A DNA stretch of 16,313 nucleotides from Planctomycetaceae bacterium (GTDB taxonomy: Bacteria; Planctomycetota; Planctomycetia; Pirellulales; Thermoguttaceae), in the NCBI GenBank assembly GCA_021372005.1, contig JAJFVC010000099.1, positions 1-16,313 of the forward strand, read 5' to 3'. The translations under genes and the position numbers were made by a program. Under the pieces are notes generated by a model. That model saw nothing but the letters and a program-made list of their open reading frames with translations, searched no databases and was not told the origin of the DNA. Position 1 is the stretch's first letter. The number at the start of each line of letters is the position of its first letter. Shown here piece by piece: positions 1 to 8,296 of this stretch.

Positions 1-2
1 AG

Positions 3-599
3 CGAGAGAATATCGAGTGGTGCAACGTCTGGGTCGCCGAGGCCGTGAAAGCCGATTTGCCCCGCGTGTTGTTAATCGGCGATTCCATCTGCAACGGCTA
101 TCGCAACGTCGTGGAAAAGGAATTGAAAGGCAAGGCCTGTGTGGCGATGCTGGCCACCTCGGCGTCCCTTGAAGACCCCGCCTTTACGGCACAGTTGAAG
201 CTTCTGTTGGACAACTACAAGTTCGCGGTCGTTCACTTCAACAACGGCCTGCACGGCTTCGGCTACGCCGAGGATGAATATCAGAAGGACATCTCTGCGA
301 TTTTGAAACTCATCAAGCAGAACGCCCCCGACGCAAAACTGATCTGGGCCACAAGCACGCCGATGCGCAACAAGACGAATCTCCAGGAGTTCAATCCCAA
401 AAACGAACGGGTCAAGGCCAGGAACAAAATCGTCGTGGAATTGGCCGCGAAACAGGGCATCCCGGTTGACGATCTTTATAGCATCGTGGTAGACCATCCG
501 GAGTATTGGCGGAACGACGGGGTCCACTATAAGCCCGAAGGACAGGCCGTCCAGGCTAAACAGGTGGCCAAAATCATCCTCGAAACGCTTGCCAAATAA
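3..599 (+). CDS. SGNH/GDSL-family hydrolase (lipase/esterase-like). The 5' end is probably truncated by the window edge, because the reading frame is open back to position 3.
   Basis: The protein carries a GDS(I) block-I motif (LLIGDSICNGY), a block-III-like FNNG, and a block-V DGVHY (DxxH). It is in frame with no stop codon back to the window start. The stop codon TAA is at 597-599. The next gene follows 6 nt downstream. Confidence 0.78.
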   Translation, partial: RENIEWCNVWVAEAVKADLPRVLLIGDSICNGYRNVVEKELKGKACVAMLATSASLEDPAFTAQLKLLLDNYKFAVVHFNNGLHGFGYAEDEYQKDISAILKLIKQNAPDAKLIWATSTPMRNKTNLQEFNPKNERVKARNKIVVELAAKQGIPVDDLYSIVVDHPEYWRNDGVHYKPEGQAVQAKQVAKIILETLAK

Positions 600-605
600 C
601 GTGCG

Positions 606-1019
606 ATGAGCAACGTGTTTGAATACCCCCATACCGTTACCAACGACGAGATCGACGAACAGGGCAACGCCAACAACGTCGTTTACGTAGGCTGGATGCA
701 AGACGCGGCGGTGGCCCATTCCGCCACGCTCGGCTGGACCGCCCAGCGCTATCTTTCGATGGGCAAGGGCTGGGTCGCCCGATCGCACAAGATCGAATAC
801 CTGCGTCCGGCCTACGCCGGCGACGAGATCGTCGTCGAGACGCGCGTGGTCGACATGAAAAAAGTCACCTCGAAGCGGCTGTATCGCATCGTGCGCCGCC
901 ACGACGGCGAGCTGCTGGCCACGGCCGAGACGCATTGGGCCTTTGTCAACTACACGACCGGACGCCCGACGCGCATCCCCGAAGAAATCATCCACGGCTA
1001 TCCGCTGGGCGACGACTAG
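606..1019 (+). CDS. Hotdog-fold acyl-CoA thioesterase (4HBT/YbgC-like)
   Basis: The 137-aa protein shows typical 4HBT-family features (VVYVGW...HKIEYLRPAY...HWAFVNY...GRPTRIP). It is tightly linked to the upstream hydrolase (6-nt gap). Its stop codon TAG is at 1017-1019. Confidence 0.85.
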   Translation: MSNVFEYPHTVTNDEIDEQGNANNVVYVGWMQDAAVAHSATLGWTAQRYLSMGKGWVARSHKIEYLRPAYAGDEIVVETRVVDMKKVTSKRLYRIVRRHDGELLATAETHWAFVNYTTGRPTRIPEEIIHGYPLGDD

Positions 1020-1109
1020 TGCGTGTCGCACCAACGTGTCGCGTTGCCGGCGGCGCGATTCGACGGTTCCGAAAGCGGATCGGCACGTTGTAGGTTCGTG
1101 AAATGCACC

Positions 1110-1691
1110 CTAATGGGGCGGTGGACCGGGCGGACGCATGGACGGCAGGCCCAGTTCGGCGCGTCGCGCCTCCATCGCCTCCATCAACGCCCCCATCCGC
1201 GTCCGGTCTTGCGGCGAGTGACGATCGAGCATCTCGTTATGACGCATCGACCGCTGTTCGGCCGACATGTTCAAACCGCCGGGCGGCCCGCCGGGCCCAC
1301 GATCGTTTTTGGGCCGGTTCGCCTCCATCTCCTTATGGCGTTTTTCCATCTCGGCAATTTCTTTATCAAGAAAGTCCTTTCGTTTGTCTTTGGACAGCGC
1401 GAAGAACTCGTCGAGCTTTTTCTTCATCCGCTGCTCCATCTCGCGGTGCATCGGCTCCATCACCTGCCGTCGCTGCTCGGGCGTCAGTTGATCCATGGCC
1501 TTGTGCAACTCGTCCATTTTTTCGTGCGACGGCGGCGGTCCTTTCCCCGGCGGACCCGGCGGGCCCAGTTCCTTTATTTTTTCACGCAGGTTCGCCACGG
1601 CGGGGTCTTCGCCGCTTCGAGCCCACCAAACGACGCCGACGATCACCAACAGCGAAATCACGACGATCGCAACGGTCTTCTTGCGCTTCAT
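1110..1691 (-). CDS. Membrane-anchored periplasmic Spy/CpxP/ZraP-like protein (LTxxQ motif), with Pro/Gly-rich linkers
   Basis: The N-terminus is a signal anchor (MKRKKTVAIVVISLLVIVGVVWW). It has an LTPEQRRQ motif and a second degenerate MSAEQRSM motif in a charged helical region. GPPGPPG-type repeats occur three times. The overlapping plus-strand ORFs (1023..1745, 1103..1693) are R/P/S-rich and low complexity, so the minus-strand frame was chosen. Confidence 0.45.
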   Translation of the reverse strand: MKRKKTVAIVVISLLVIVGVVWWARSGEDPAVANLREKIKELGPPGPPGKGPPPSHEKMDELHKAMDQLTPEQRRQVMEPMHREMEQRMKKKLDEFFALSKDKRKDFLDKEIAEMEKRHKEMEANRPKNDRGPGGPPGGLNMSAEQRSMRHNEMLDRHSPQDRTRMGALMEAMEARRAELGLPSMRPPGPPPH

Positions 1692-1715
1692 AGAAAAATC
1701 CAGTCTATGGATCCG

Positions 1716-2330
1716 TCAATAATCCACATGCCCATCCGCATATAAAATGTTTCGTTCGCCCAACGTGCCCTTCGGCGCGTGCACGGCCTCGAAGTCATAC
1801 GACACGCTCACCTCGGCCGAGGGTTTTCCGTCCAAAAACTCGATCTGCGTTTTCATCACTAGCGGTTCTCGGATCACGCCCGGAAGCGCCCGGCGGCGCT
1901 CCCAATCGTAACTTAGCTCTTCCTTCTCGAAATACGATCCGTCGGCGCCGTCGATATACGACACGTCGTCCGGGCATTGGAACACCAGATGGTTCTCTTC
2001 GATGTACGGCCCCAGCACTTCGCGCAGCGTCGGTTTGTCGGGCGTGGTGGTCTTCATCTGCGCGGCGTCGGGATACCGTCCGTTGACGCCTTGAGCGTCG
2101 AGATACATCGTCATGGCCAGACCGATCTGCTTCAGATGGTTGGCGCATTGCAGCCGCCGCGCCGCCTCGCGCGAGGCTTGCACCGCCGGCAACAACAGCG
2201 AGACCAAGACGCCGAGGATCGTGATCACCACCAACAACTCGACCAGCGTAAAGCCGTCGGGGGATTGCGGACGGCCGGTCCGGACGCTCAGCGTTCCAAC
2301 GGCTGTGGCGTGACACTGCAAAATTTGCAC
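1716..2330 (-). CDS. Prepilin-type N-terminal cleavage/methylation domain protein of the planctomycete DUF1559 family (pseudopilin-like)
   Basis: It has the [26 protein letters not shown] class-III signal and hydrophobic helix. The C-terminus is ...[11 protein letters not shown], as in DUF1559 proteins. The start was chosen at GTG (plus-strand 2328-2330), which is preceded by GAGGGGGAGGG. The six-frame ORF extends to 2504 but has no ATG, and a leader that long is atypical for prepilins. Its stop codon lies only 24 nt upstream of the next minus-strand gene start, so the two are probably co-transcribed. Confidence 0.75.
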   Translation of the reverse strand: MQILQCHATAVGTLSVRTGRPQSPDGFTLVELLVVITILGVLVSLLLPAVQASREAARRLQCANHLKQIGLAMTMYLDAQGVNGRYPDAAQMKTTTPDKPTLREVLGPYIEENHLVFQCPDDVSYIDGADGSYFEKEELSYDWERRRALPGVIREPLVMKTQIEFLDGKPSAEVSVSYDFEAVHAPKGTLGERNILYADGHVDY

Positions 2331-2618
2331 ACCCTCCCCCTCGTCCGGTGCGTTTCCTGCACAGACTGCCGAAAACCGCCCGGACAGGCACCCTAGTCCA
2401 ACGCGACGAAAATTCGTGAAAAAAGGCCCACAAAGGCCCGGTTGCCTGTCGCGGCCCTGTTGTGGTTTCTTTTTCGGAGATGCAACTTCGATACCAAGAA
2501 CCAAAGTTTCTTGCCATTTTTGTCCCTAAAACCCGTAACCGCCGCCCCGTTCCGCGTGTATACAGAGACGAGGCCAACCCATTACAATAAATCCTTGAAC
2601 AAGAACAAGAGGTGTGTT

Positions 2619-3605
2619 ATGCGAAAAACACTGACGCTGGCGATCATCGCCCTGCTGGGCCTGACGGCAACCGTTTGGGCCGAACCGCTCGACCAGCACT
2701 GCGTGTCGGCCGACGCGAAATGGGCGGTCCACCTGGACGCCGACGCCCTGCACGCCTCGAGCCTGTACCAAAAAACCCGCCAGCAAGTGCTCGAAAAACA
2801 CCCCGAAGCCGTCGCCGGATTGGCGATGATCCGCGAGTTGTGGAAGTTCGATCCCAGCACCGATCTGCACGGCGTCACCGTCTACGGCTCGCAGTTGAAG
2901 CGAGACACCGGCGTGGCGATCATTCACGCCAAAGTGGATCAGCCGTTCCTGCTCGAACGGCTCAAGAAAGCGCCCGAACACCGCGTGAGCACCTACGGCA
3001 AGTATGACGTGCACAGTTGGCTCCATGCCAAAGGTTTTCGCTGCGAGCGTCCCATGGCCGGCGCGTTTTTCAAGCCCGACGTGCTGGTCTTCGGCGGTTC
3101 GAGCGAAGAAGTGATGGCCGCGTTGGACGTCCTCAACGGCACGAAACCCAGTCGCGCCGACCAAGGTCCGTCGTCGGGCGGAAAGACGCATCCCGGCGCG
3201 GTCTTCGTGATCAGCGCGATCGGACTGGGCGACCTCGATTGGCCTTGCCGGTCGCCGTTGGCCCAACAGGTCGACTCGCTCACGCTGACCGTCGGCGAGA
3301 ACGACGGCAAGATTTTCGTCGAAGGCGCGATGACCGCCAAAAAAGCCGAGACGGCCCAGCAGCTCAAAGCGGTCGGCGACGGCGCGCTGGCGCTGGCCAC
3401 GCTGATGCACGGCGAAGACGCCTCGCTGGTGAAGCTGCTCAGCGCCCTGAAGTGGACCGCGGCTGAAAAGACCGTCCGTCTCGAAGGCTCCGCGTCGGTC
3501 GACGACGTATGGAACGGTCTGCAAAAGTTCGTGGACAAGAAATTCTGGCGCGGTCCGCACCGGTTCGGCCACCCGGCGCCGGCCGCCGCGAAGGAAAAGA
3601 AATAG
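2619..3605 (+). CDS. Exported hypothetical protein (signal peptide), first gene of an ECF sigma / anti-sigma operon
   Basis: The start ATG at 2619 follows AGAGG by 6 nt. The signal peptide is MRKTLTLAIIALLGLTATVWA|EP. The stop TAG at 3603-3605 lies 6 nt before the sigma-factor start. The in-frame 5' extension to 2442 was rejected because it lacks a signal-peptide context. I do not recognise a named domain. Confidence 0.7.
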   Translation: MRKTLTLAIIALLGLTATVWAEPLDQHCVSADAKWAVHLDADALHASSLYQKTRQQVLEKHPEAVAGLAMIRELWKFDPSTDLHGVTVYGSQLKRDTGVAIIHAKVDQPFLLERLKKAPEHRVSTYGKYDVHSWLHAKGFRCERPMAGAFFKPDVLVFGGSSEEVMAALDVLNGTKPSRADQGPSSGGKTHPGAVFVISAIGLGDLDWPCRSPLAQQVDSLTLTVGENDGKIFVEGAMTAKKAETAQQLKAVGDGALALATLMHGEDASLVKLLSALKWTAAEKTVRLEGSASVDDVWNGLQKFVDKKFWRGPHRFGHPAPAAAKEKK

Positions 3606-3611
3606 TCCGGC

Positions 3612-4199
3612 ATGTCGCATGGTTCGCCCACAGAGCCGACCAACGAAGAACTCGCTTGTCGAGCCCAACGGGGATGCGCGACCAGTTTCGAGCGCCTGCT
3701 GCGGCGGTTTCAGACGCCGGTGCTGCACTTTTTGCAACGCCGGGGTCACGCCGCCGAGGCCGAGGATCTGACTCAAGACACGTTTCTCCGGGCCTACGAA
3801 AACCTGCGCCGCTACGATCCGCGATGGCGGTTCTCGACGTGGCTTTTCACGATCGCCCGGCGAACGAGCCTCAACGCGCGGCGACGCAAACGTCCGGTCG
3901 CCGATCCTGCGGCGATCGCGTCGGCCGTCTCGTCGAATCGCCCGCCGTTGGACGTCCTGACGCAGTCCGAAAGCCGGCGGCGGCTCTGGGATCTCGCGGC
4001 CCGGCTGCTCTCCGAAGAGCAATGGACCGTGCTGTGGCTGCACTACGTCGAAGAGATGCCGCTCCGCGAAGTGGCCAAGGTGGTGAACCGTTCGCGGCCG
4101 GCGGTCAAAGTGTCGCTGTTTCGCGCGCGGCGAAAGCTGGCCGCCGAACTCGACTCCTGGAATTCACCCATCGTTGCATGCGAGGCTTCTTATGAATGA
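3612..4199 (+). CDS. RNA polymerase ECF-type sigma-70 factor
   Basis: Region 2 is present (DLTQDTFLRAYENLRRYD...FSTWLFTIARR). Region 4 has a helix-turn-helix (MPLREVAKVVNRSRPAVKVSLFRARRKL). The 195-aa length is typical of ECF sigmas. Confidence 0.9.
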   Translation: MSHGSPTEPTNEELACRAQRGCATSFERLLRRFQTPVLHFLQRRGHAAEAEDLTQDTFLRAYENLRRYDPRWRFSTWLFTIARRTSLNARRRKRPVADPAAIASAVSSNRPPLDVLTQSESRRRLWDLAARLLSEEQWTVLWLHYVEEMPLREVAKVVNRSRPAVKVSLFRARRKLAAELDSWNSPIVACEASYE

Positions 4200-4665
4200 T
4201 CCTCGGCGTTCGGAAGAACTACGCAAGTTGACCTCGCGGCTTCAACGCGAAGCGGCCGACTCGCGTCCTCCGTTTTCCGAGGCGCTCCATCGTCGCATGG
4301 TGGACGCCATCGAACCGCATCGCGCGGCGCCGGTCCGTCGAGTGCGCCGGTCGCCGCTCCGCGGGGCGCTGGTCGCCGCCGCGGCCGCGTGCCTGTTGGC
4401 CGTAATCTTGCCCAGCTATTCGACGCAGGAACCTCAACCGCATCCCAACGCAACCAACGCGATGACCGCCGTCCAACGTCCGGTCGATTCGACCGCCGTG
4501 GCTGAGTGGTCTTTGTGGGCCGACGACGCCATGAACGAACTGGACTGGCCGTTGGTCTCGCAAGCCGTCGCCGTGCCGTCCGACCAGTTGAAACACGACA
4601 CCCGCGTGGCCGTCGAAACCGTGCTCAGCCGGCTGCCGATCAACGTAGAGTGGCCCGTTGAATAA
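4192..4665 (+). CDS. Putative single-pass transmembrane anti-sigma factor
   Basis: Its start overlaps the sigma stop in ATGAATGA (4192-4199), indicating translational coupling. It has an N-terminal cytoplasmic segment, one transmembrane helix (GALVAAAAACLLAVILP) and a short periplasmic tail. Position and architecture match a cognate anti-sigma. No zinc-binding anti-sigma (ZAS) motif was seen. Confidence 0.5.
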   Translation: MNDPRRSEELRKLTSRLQREAADSRPPFSEALHRRMVDAIEPHRAAPVRRVRRSPLRGALVAAAAACLLAVILPSYSTQEPQPHPNATNAMTAVQRPVDSTAVAEWSLWADDAMNELDWPLVSQAVAVPSDQLKHDTRVAVETVLSRLPINVEWPVE

Positions 4666-4674
4666 CTGAAAAAA

Positions 4675-6819
4675 TCAGTCGGGCGTCCAGAGCTTGCCGC
4701 TGCCGCCGCCGGCCGGTTGATCGCCGTCGGGCGTCCACAGTTTGCCGGGCTCCGCCGCCGCAGGAGCCGCCATCGGACCGGCCGACCCGCCGGCCTGCAT
4801 CGCCTCGGGCGGAATCGCCGGCGTGCCGTCGGGCCGCAACAGGCCCACGTCGATCAGCATGTGCGTGAGCGCCTCGGCCACGCCCGGTTCCTCTAAATGT
4901 TGGCTCTGCAAGTGCTCGATCAACCGCATCGCCGCCTGGCCATCGTGCGCGGCGAACCGCAGCGACAGCTCCATCAGGTCCCACGACGCGCTCGACTCTT
5001 TTTTGGCCTCAGCCGCCTGCCGACCGCGTTCGAGGTAGTCCAACGCCCGTTCGACGTTGTCCTCCGTCCGAGCCAGCGTGGCAAAGGCGTGGAGCCGCTC
5101 GTCGGAGTCGGCCATGCTCGGCCGCGCAACGATCGCCTCGGCGAACTTCCGCATCGCGCCGCGGATGGCGAACGCCCCGGCCCGATAATACGCCGTCGCC
5201 AATTCTTGGTCCGACAGCGTGTCAACCTTCACCCGCTCCAATCGCACGACCGGCAGCTCCATCACCGAACGCTGCGACGCGTCGATCGCCCCCAACACCG
5301 GCAATCCCAAGCGGGTGCGGAGCTCGTTGAAATCCAACGGCGCCGAGAGCCGTCCGGCCCAATGCTCCAAGACCAACACCGCCGCCGAACGCCGCAGCGC
5401 GCCGGCCTGTCCGTCCGACGCCGAACGGCCGTCCAGCACGCCGAGCTTCAACGCCGGCCACTGTTCGAGAATCGCACGACGCACGTAGGCGTCGGTCAAC
5501 TCGCGGAGTTGCTCGGGCGTCGTGCCGCGCGGCGGTTGCCAAGCCGCTCGCAACAGTTTTTGCGTGGCCGACCAGTGTCCGACCGTCTCGACGGTTGGTT
5601 CCGCGTCGACCGAATCGCCCAGCGTTTCACCGAGCGACCGGCGGACGGCGTCCATTTCGTCGCCGGCGACGCCGAGCACTTCGAGCCGCGCCTCGCGGTC
5701 CGTCTGGCGTCCGAACAACAACGCCTGACCCAGCAGCCGCGGCATCGTATCGATCGTCAATCCATCGGCCGACTCGGGCATGGGCCGGTCCAACACCATG
5801 TACGCGCCCTTCGGCGGCGGCGAATCCTCGTCGCCAAACCGCGACGGATCGAACGGCACCGGCCGAATCTGCCGCGACGACAACAACCGCTCGTTGGCCC
5901 GATCGGCGTCCCGAACCGTCCACGCCGCACGAAACATCTCGATCCGATCGCCCAGCGGGTCGTCGGTCAAAAACATCGCCTCGGCCTCGGCCTCGACGGC
6001 GTCGTCCCAACCGTCCGCGTCGCGACTCCGCAACGCCGCGTAACGCCGCAGCGCGTCGATCGCCTTGGCGTTGTCGGCCAGCCAGCCGCGGAGCGACGCC
6101 AGATCTCGCCACAGGACGGGCTGCTCGGGCCATTGGTCGGTCAGCGACTGGAGCCGCTCGACCCCGGAGGACCAATCGGCCATCGCCACCGCCTGCATCG
6201 CCTCTTGGAAACGGTCGATCCACGGTGCGTCCGTGGGGCAAGGCAGCATCGGCGGATCTTCTCGCAGCAACAGCGGAATGTCGGCCGCCTGACACAACGC
6301 CGAAAGCAGTTGGGCGGGCCGCTCGTCTTCGCGGGCGACGTCCAACTGCAACTGCAGCAGCGCCCGGGCGGCCAGCGGGAACCCGTCGCGAAGCATCGCC
6401 CCGGCCGTCAGTCCGATCGCCTGATAGGTGCGGTTCGAGATATTGCCTTGCGAGGCCCGTAGCGAACGGAGCGTGAACTCAAACGCCCGGCGCGCGTCGG
6501 CGTCGACCGCCGAGATGGCCAATTCGGCCAACGCGACGGGATTGTCGGGATGCTTTTCGAGAAAGAACTCGGCCGAGGTCCTCGCGGCATCCAACTGTCC
6601 GGTCGCCCGCAACAGACTGGTTTTGATCGCCAGCAGACATTCGCGATTCCGGCCCGGCTCTTGTTCGAGCAACTGGTCGATGTGCGTCAGGCAAGCCAAA
6701 TACTGCTCGCCCTCGACCATGCGGTCGATTTTCTGCAATTCGGCGAGAAAGTCGCCGCAACAAAACTTGATTTTTTTGCCCGTTCCGCCGGGACAAATCG
6801 AATAGGCGTCGATGGCCAT
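4675..6819 (-). CDS. Large alpha-helical/TPR-like protein with a degenerate N-terminal SEC-C-like motif and a duplicated C-terminal KLWTPDG motif
   Basis: The N-terminus SICPGGTGKKIKFCCGDF resembles the SecA/YecA SEC-C motif CPCGSGKKYKxCCG. The body is Ala/Leu/Arg-rich and helical. The C-terminus ends ...GKLWTPDGDQPAGGGSGKLWTPD, encoded by a 22-nt near-direct repeat at 4678-4760. Confidence 0.7.
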   Translation of the reverse strand: MAIDAYSICPGGTGKKIKFCCGDFLAELQKIDRMVEGEQYLACLTHIDQLLEQEPGRNRECLLAIKTSLLRATGQLDAARTSAEFFLEKHPDNPVALAELAISAVDADARRAFEFTLRSLRASQGNISNRTYQAIGLTAGAMLRDGFPLAARALLQLQLDVAREDERPAQLLSALCQAADIPLLLREDPPMLPCPTDAPWIDRFQEAMQAVAMADWSSGVERLQSLTDQWPEQPVLWRDLASLRGWLADNAKAIDALRRYAALRSRDADGWDDAVEAEAEAMFLTDDPLGDRIEMFRAAWTVRDADRANERLLSSRQIRPVPFDPSRFGDEDSPPPKGAYMVLDRPMPESADGLTIDTMPRLLGQALLFGRQTDREARLEVLGVAGDEMDAVRRSLGETLGDSVDAEPTVETVGHWSATQKLLRAAWQPPRGTTPEQLRELTDAYVRRAILEQWPALKLGVLDGRSASDGQAGALRRSAAVLVLEHWAGRLSAPLDFNELRTRLGLPVLGAIDASQRSVMELPVVRLERVKVDTLSDQELATAYYRAGAFAIRGAMRKFAEAIVARPSMADSDERLHAFATLARTEDNVERALDYLERGRQAAEAKKESSASWDLMELSLRFAAHDGQAAMRLIEHLQSQHLEEPGVAEALTHMLIDVGLLRPDGTPAIPPEAMQAGGSAGPMAAPAAAEPGKLWTPDGDQPAGGGSGKLWTPD

Positions 6820-6966
6820 AACAAAGTGGCTGGTGCTAGGGGTGAGTGGCTAAATAAAACCGCGGAAAACCAAAAACGCTTCAAGCTCGAACAACGCACA
6901 AGGGTCGGCGTTTTGCATCCACCGCCGCTTTCGCGTCGGCGTGGATCTGTGGAATTGTATGTGAAA

Positions 6967-7938
6967 TTATTTGCCGGTGAGGTTGCCTTCCCGGAAGGCG
7001 GCGGCCATAGCCAACGGCACTTCGGCCTCGGCCAAAACCACCTGGGCGCGATTCCGCGCGACTTGAGCCTTCATCTCCTGCTCGCGCGCCATGGCCAACG
7101 CCCGCCGCTCCTCGGCCTTGGCCCGAGCCACGCGCGTGTCGGCCTCGGCCTGATCGGCCTGCAACCGGGCGCCGATGTTTTCGCCCACGTCGATGTCGGC
7201 GATGTCGATCGAGACGATCTCGAACGCCGTTTGGGCGTCCAGGCCGCGATTGAGCACCGCCTTCGAGATGCGGTCCGGGTTCTCCATCACTTGCAGATGG
7301 CTGTCCGACGAGCCAATCGCCGTGATGATGCCCTCGCCGACCCGCGCGATGATCGTCTCCTCGGTCGCTCCGCCGATGAGTTGTTCGATGTTCGTGCGGA
7401 CGGTGACCCGCGCGCGAACTTTCAACTCGACGCCATTTTTGGCGATTGCGCTCAAGGTCGTCCGGCTCGATCGTTTCGGATCGGGACAATCGATCACTTT
7501 TGGATAGACGCTTGTCTGGACGGCGTCAAGCACGTCGCGGCCGGCTAGGTCAATCGCAGCGGCCCGGTCGAAATCCAGATCGATGTCCGCCCGATGTGCG
7601 GCGATGATCGCGCGGATCACGTTGGGCACGTTGCCGCCGGCTAAAAAATGCGCCTCCAACCGGCGCGTGGTGATGCCCGTACTTTTTTCCGGTCCGATGC
7701 CCGCCTGGACCGCCATGATTTTGCTCTGCACGATGATTTGCGCGTTGACCCGCCGCAGTTTCATGCCGATCAAGCTCCACAGGCTGATGTTGGCGCTGGA
7801 CATGTAGGCCCGGAACCAAATGCCACCGAAGTTGATCACAATCACCACGACGACCAGCGCGACCACCAAGAGGGCCAACACGCCGATCAACCAAGGCAAC
7901 GAACCGGCCGCCAGCGGAATCGACATCGCAATCGTCAT
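6967..7938 (-). CDS. floA: Flotillin-like protein FloA (YqfA/UPF0365 family)
   Basis: Blocks conserved with Bacillus FloA run along the protein: LAGGNV, [26 protein letters not shown], [10 protein letters not shown], GSSDxH, VLxxGLDxxTAFEIxSIDIAD, [10 protein letters not shown] and [16 protein letters not shown]. The start was chosen at ATG (MTIAMS...), which is preceded by GGGGGAG. The minus-strand stop TAA corresponds to plus-strand 6967-6969. Confidence 0.9.
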   Translation of the reverse strand: MTIAMSIPLAAGSLPWLIGVLALLVVALVVVVIVINFGGIWFRAYMSSANISLWSLIGMKLRRVNAQIIVQSKIMAVQAGIGPEKSTGITTRRLEAHFLAGGNVPNVIRAIIAAHRADIDLDFDRAAAIDLAGRDVLDAVQTSVYPKVIDCPDPKRSSRTTLSAIAKNGVELKVRARVTVRTNIEQLIGGATEETIIARVGEGIITAIGSSDSHLQVMENPDRISKAVLNRGLDAQTAFEIVSIDIADIDVGENIGARLQADQAEADTRVARAKAEERRALAMAREQEMKAQVARNRAQVVLAEAEVPLAMAAAFREGNLTGK

Positions 7939-8296
7939 GGTTTTTTCTCCCCCAAGGGCCGCGCGACCCGATCGGCCCGGCCTGTGTGCTTCAGCGGGAA
8001 TCGACCCGTCCAACCGCCCTTCAAGCATAGCCGAACCCTTGGTAAGCGAAAAGCCCCCAAAACTAAGGCCAAGGCGAGACGGTTGAAAGTTCCAGGTTGC
8101 TTTCGGTTTTCCGCGGTTTTACGGAGCCCCCCTGGCAAACTCCCCCCGCATCCTTCATACTTTGGGTTCTTGGAACGGTGAATCGTCGTCTGCCCGCCGT
8201 CGGCGCAGTCCGGCCGATTTTCGCAACCGAACGTCGGATAGCCCCCGAACAAGCTGCCCGATGGTTCGCGCCCGCTCATCCCTAGGAGCCCGCATC

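Noticed and set aside
1023-1745. Plus-strand ORFs of 240 aa (1023..1745) and 196 aa (1103..1693) overlapping the Spy-like gene
   Set aside because: They are R/H/P/S-rich and low complexity, with no membrane or domain features. The minus-strand frame has a clean signal anchor and LTxxQ motifs.
2331-2504. Upstream extension of the DUF1559 ORF to 2504, 262 aa in total
   Set aside because: The extension contains no ATG and would give an ~88-aa leader before the GFTLVELL prepilin motif. Class-III signal leaders are short. A GTG at 2330 has an adjacent GGAGG-like motif.
2442-2618. 5' extension of the exported-protein ORF
   Set aside because: The extension has no signal peptide logic. The internal ATG at 2619 has an AGAGG RBS and is immediately followed by a canonical signal peptide.
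2331-2618. ECF-type promoter motifs (GGAAC...CGT) in the divergent intergenic region
   Set aside because: Several GAAC-containing sites exist (for example AGAACC at 2497 and GGAAAC on the minus strand at 2351-2356). None has a convincing -10 at correct spacing. I cannot call a promoter without comparative data.
2526-4043. 505-aa ORF on the minus strand
   Set aside because: It is antisense to the exported protein and ECF sigma genes. It is Arg/Gly/Pro-rich and low complexity, and has no domain signature. The plus-strand genes have a signal peptide and sigma region 2 and 4 motifs.
4897-6462. 521-aa ORF on the plus strand
   Set aside because: It is antisense to the 714-aa minus-strand protein. 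It is extremely Arg/Pro/Gln-rich. The minus-strand frame has a SEC-C-like motif and coherent helical sequence, so it was preferred.
6550-7548. 332-aa ORF on the plus strand
   Set aside because: It overlaps the floA gene in antisense, and floA aligns along its whole length to FloA family blocks. The same applies to the 6881..7489 and 7550..7894 minus-strand ORFs and to the 7648..8181 plus-strand ORF.
8162-8296. 5' extension of lctP
   Set aside because: The 45 extra residues are R/S-rich with no similarity to lactate permeases. The family-conserved N-terminus MEWVQIYDP starts at 8297, with AGGAG upstream.
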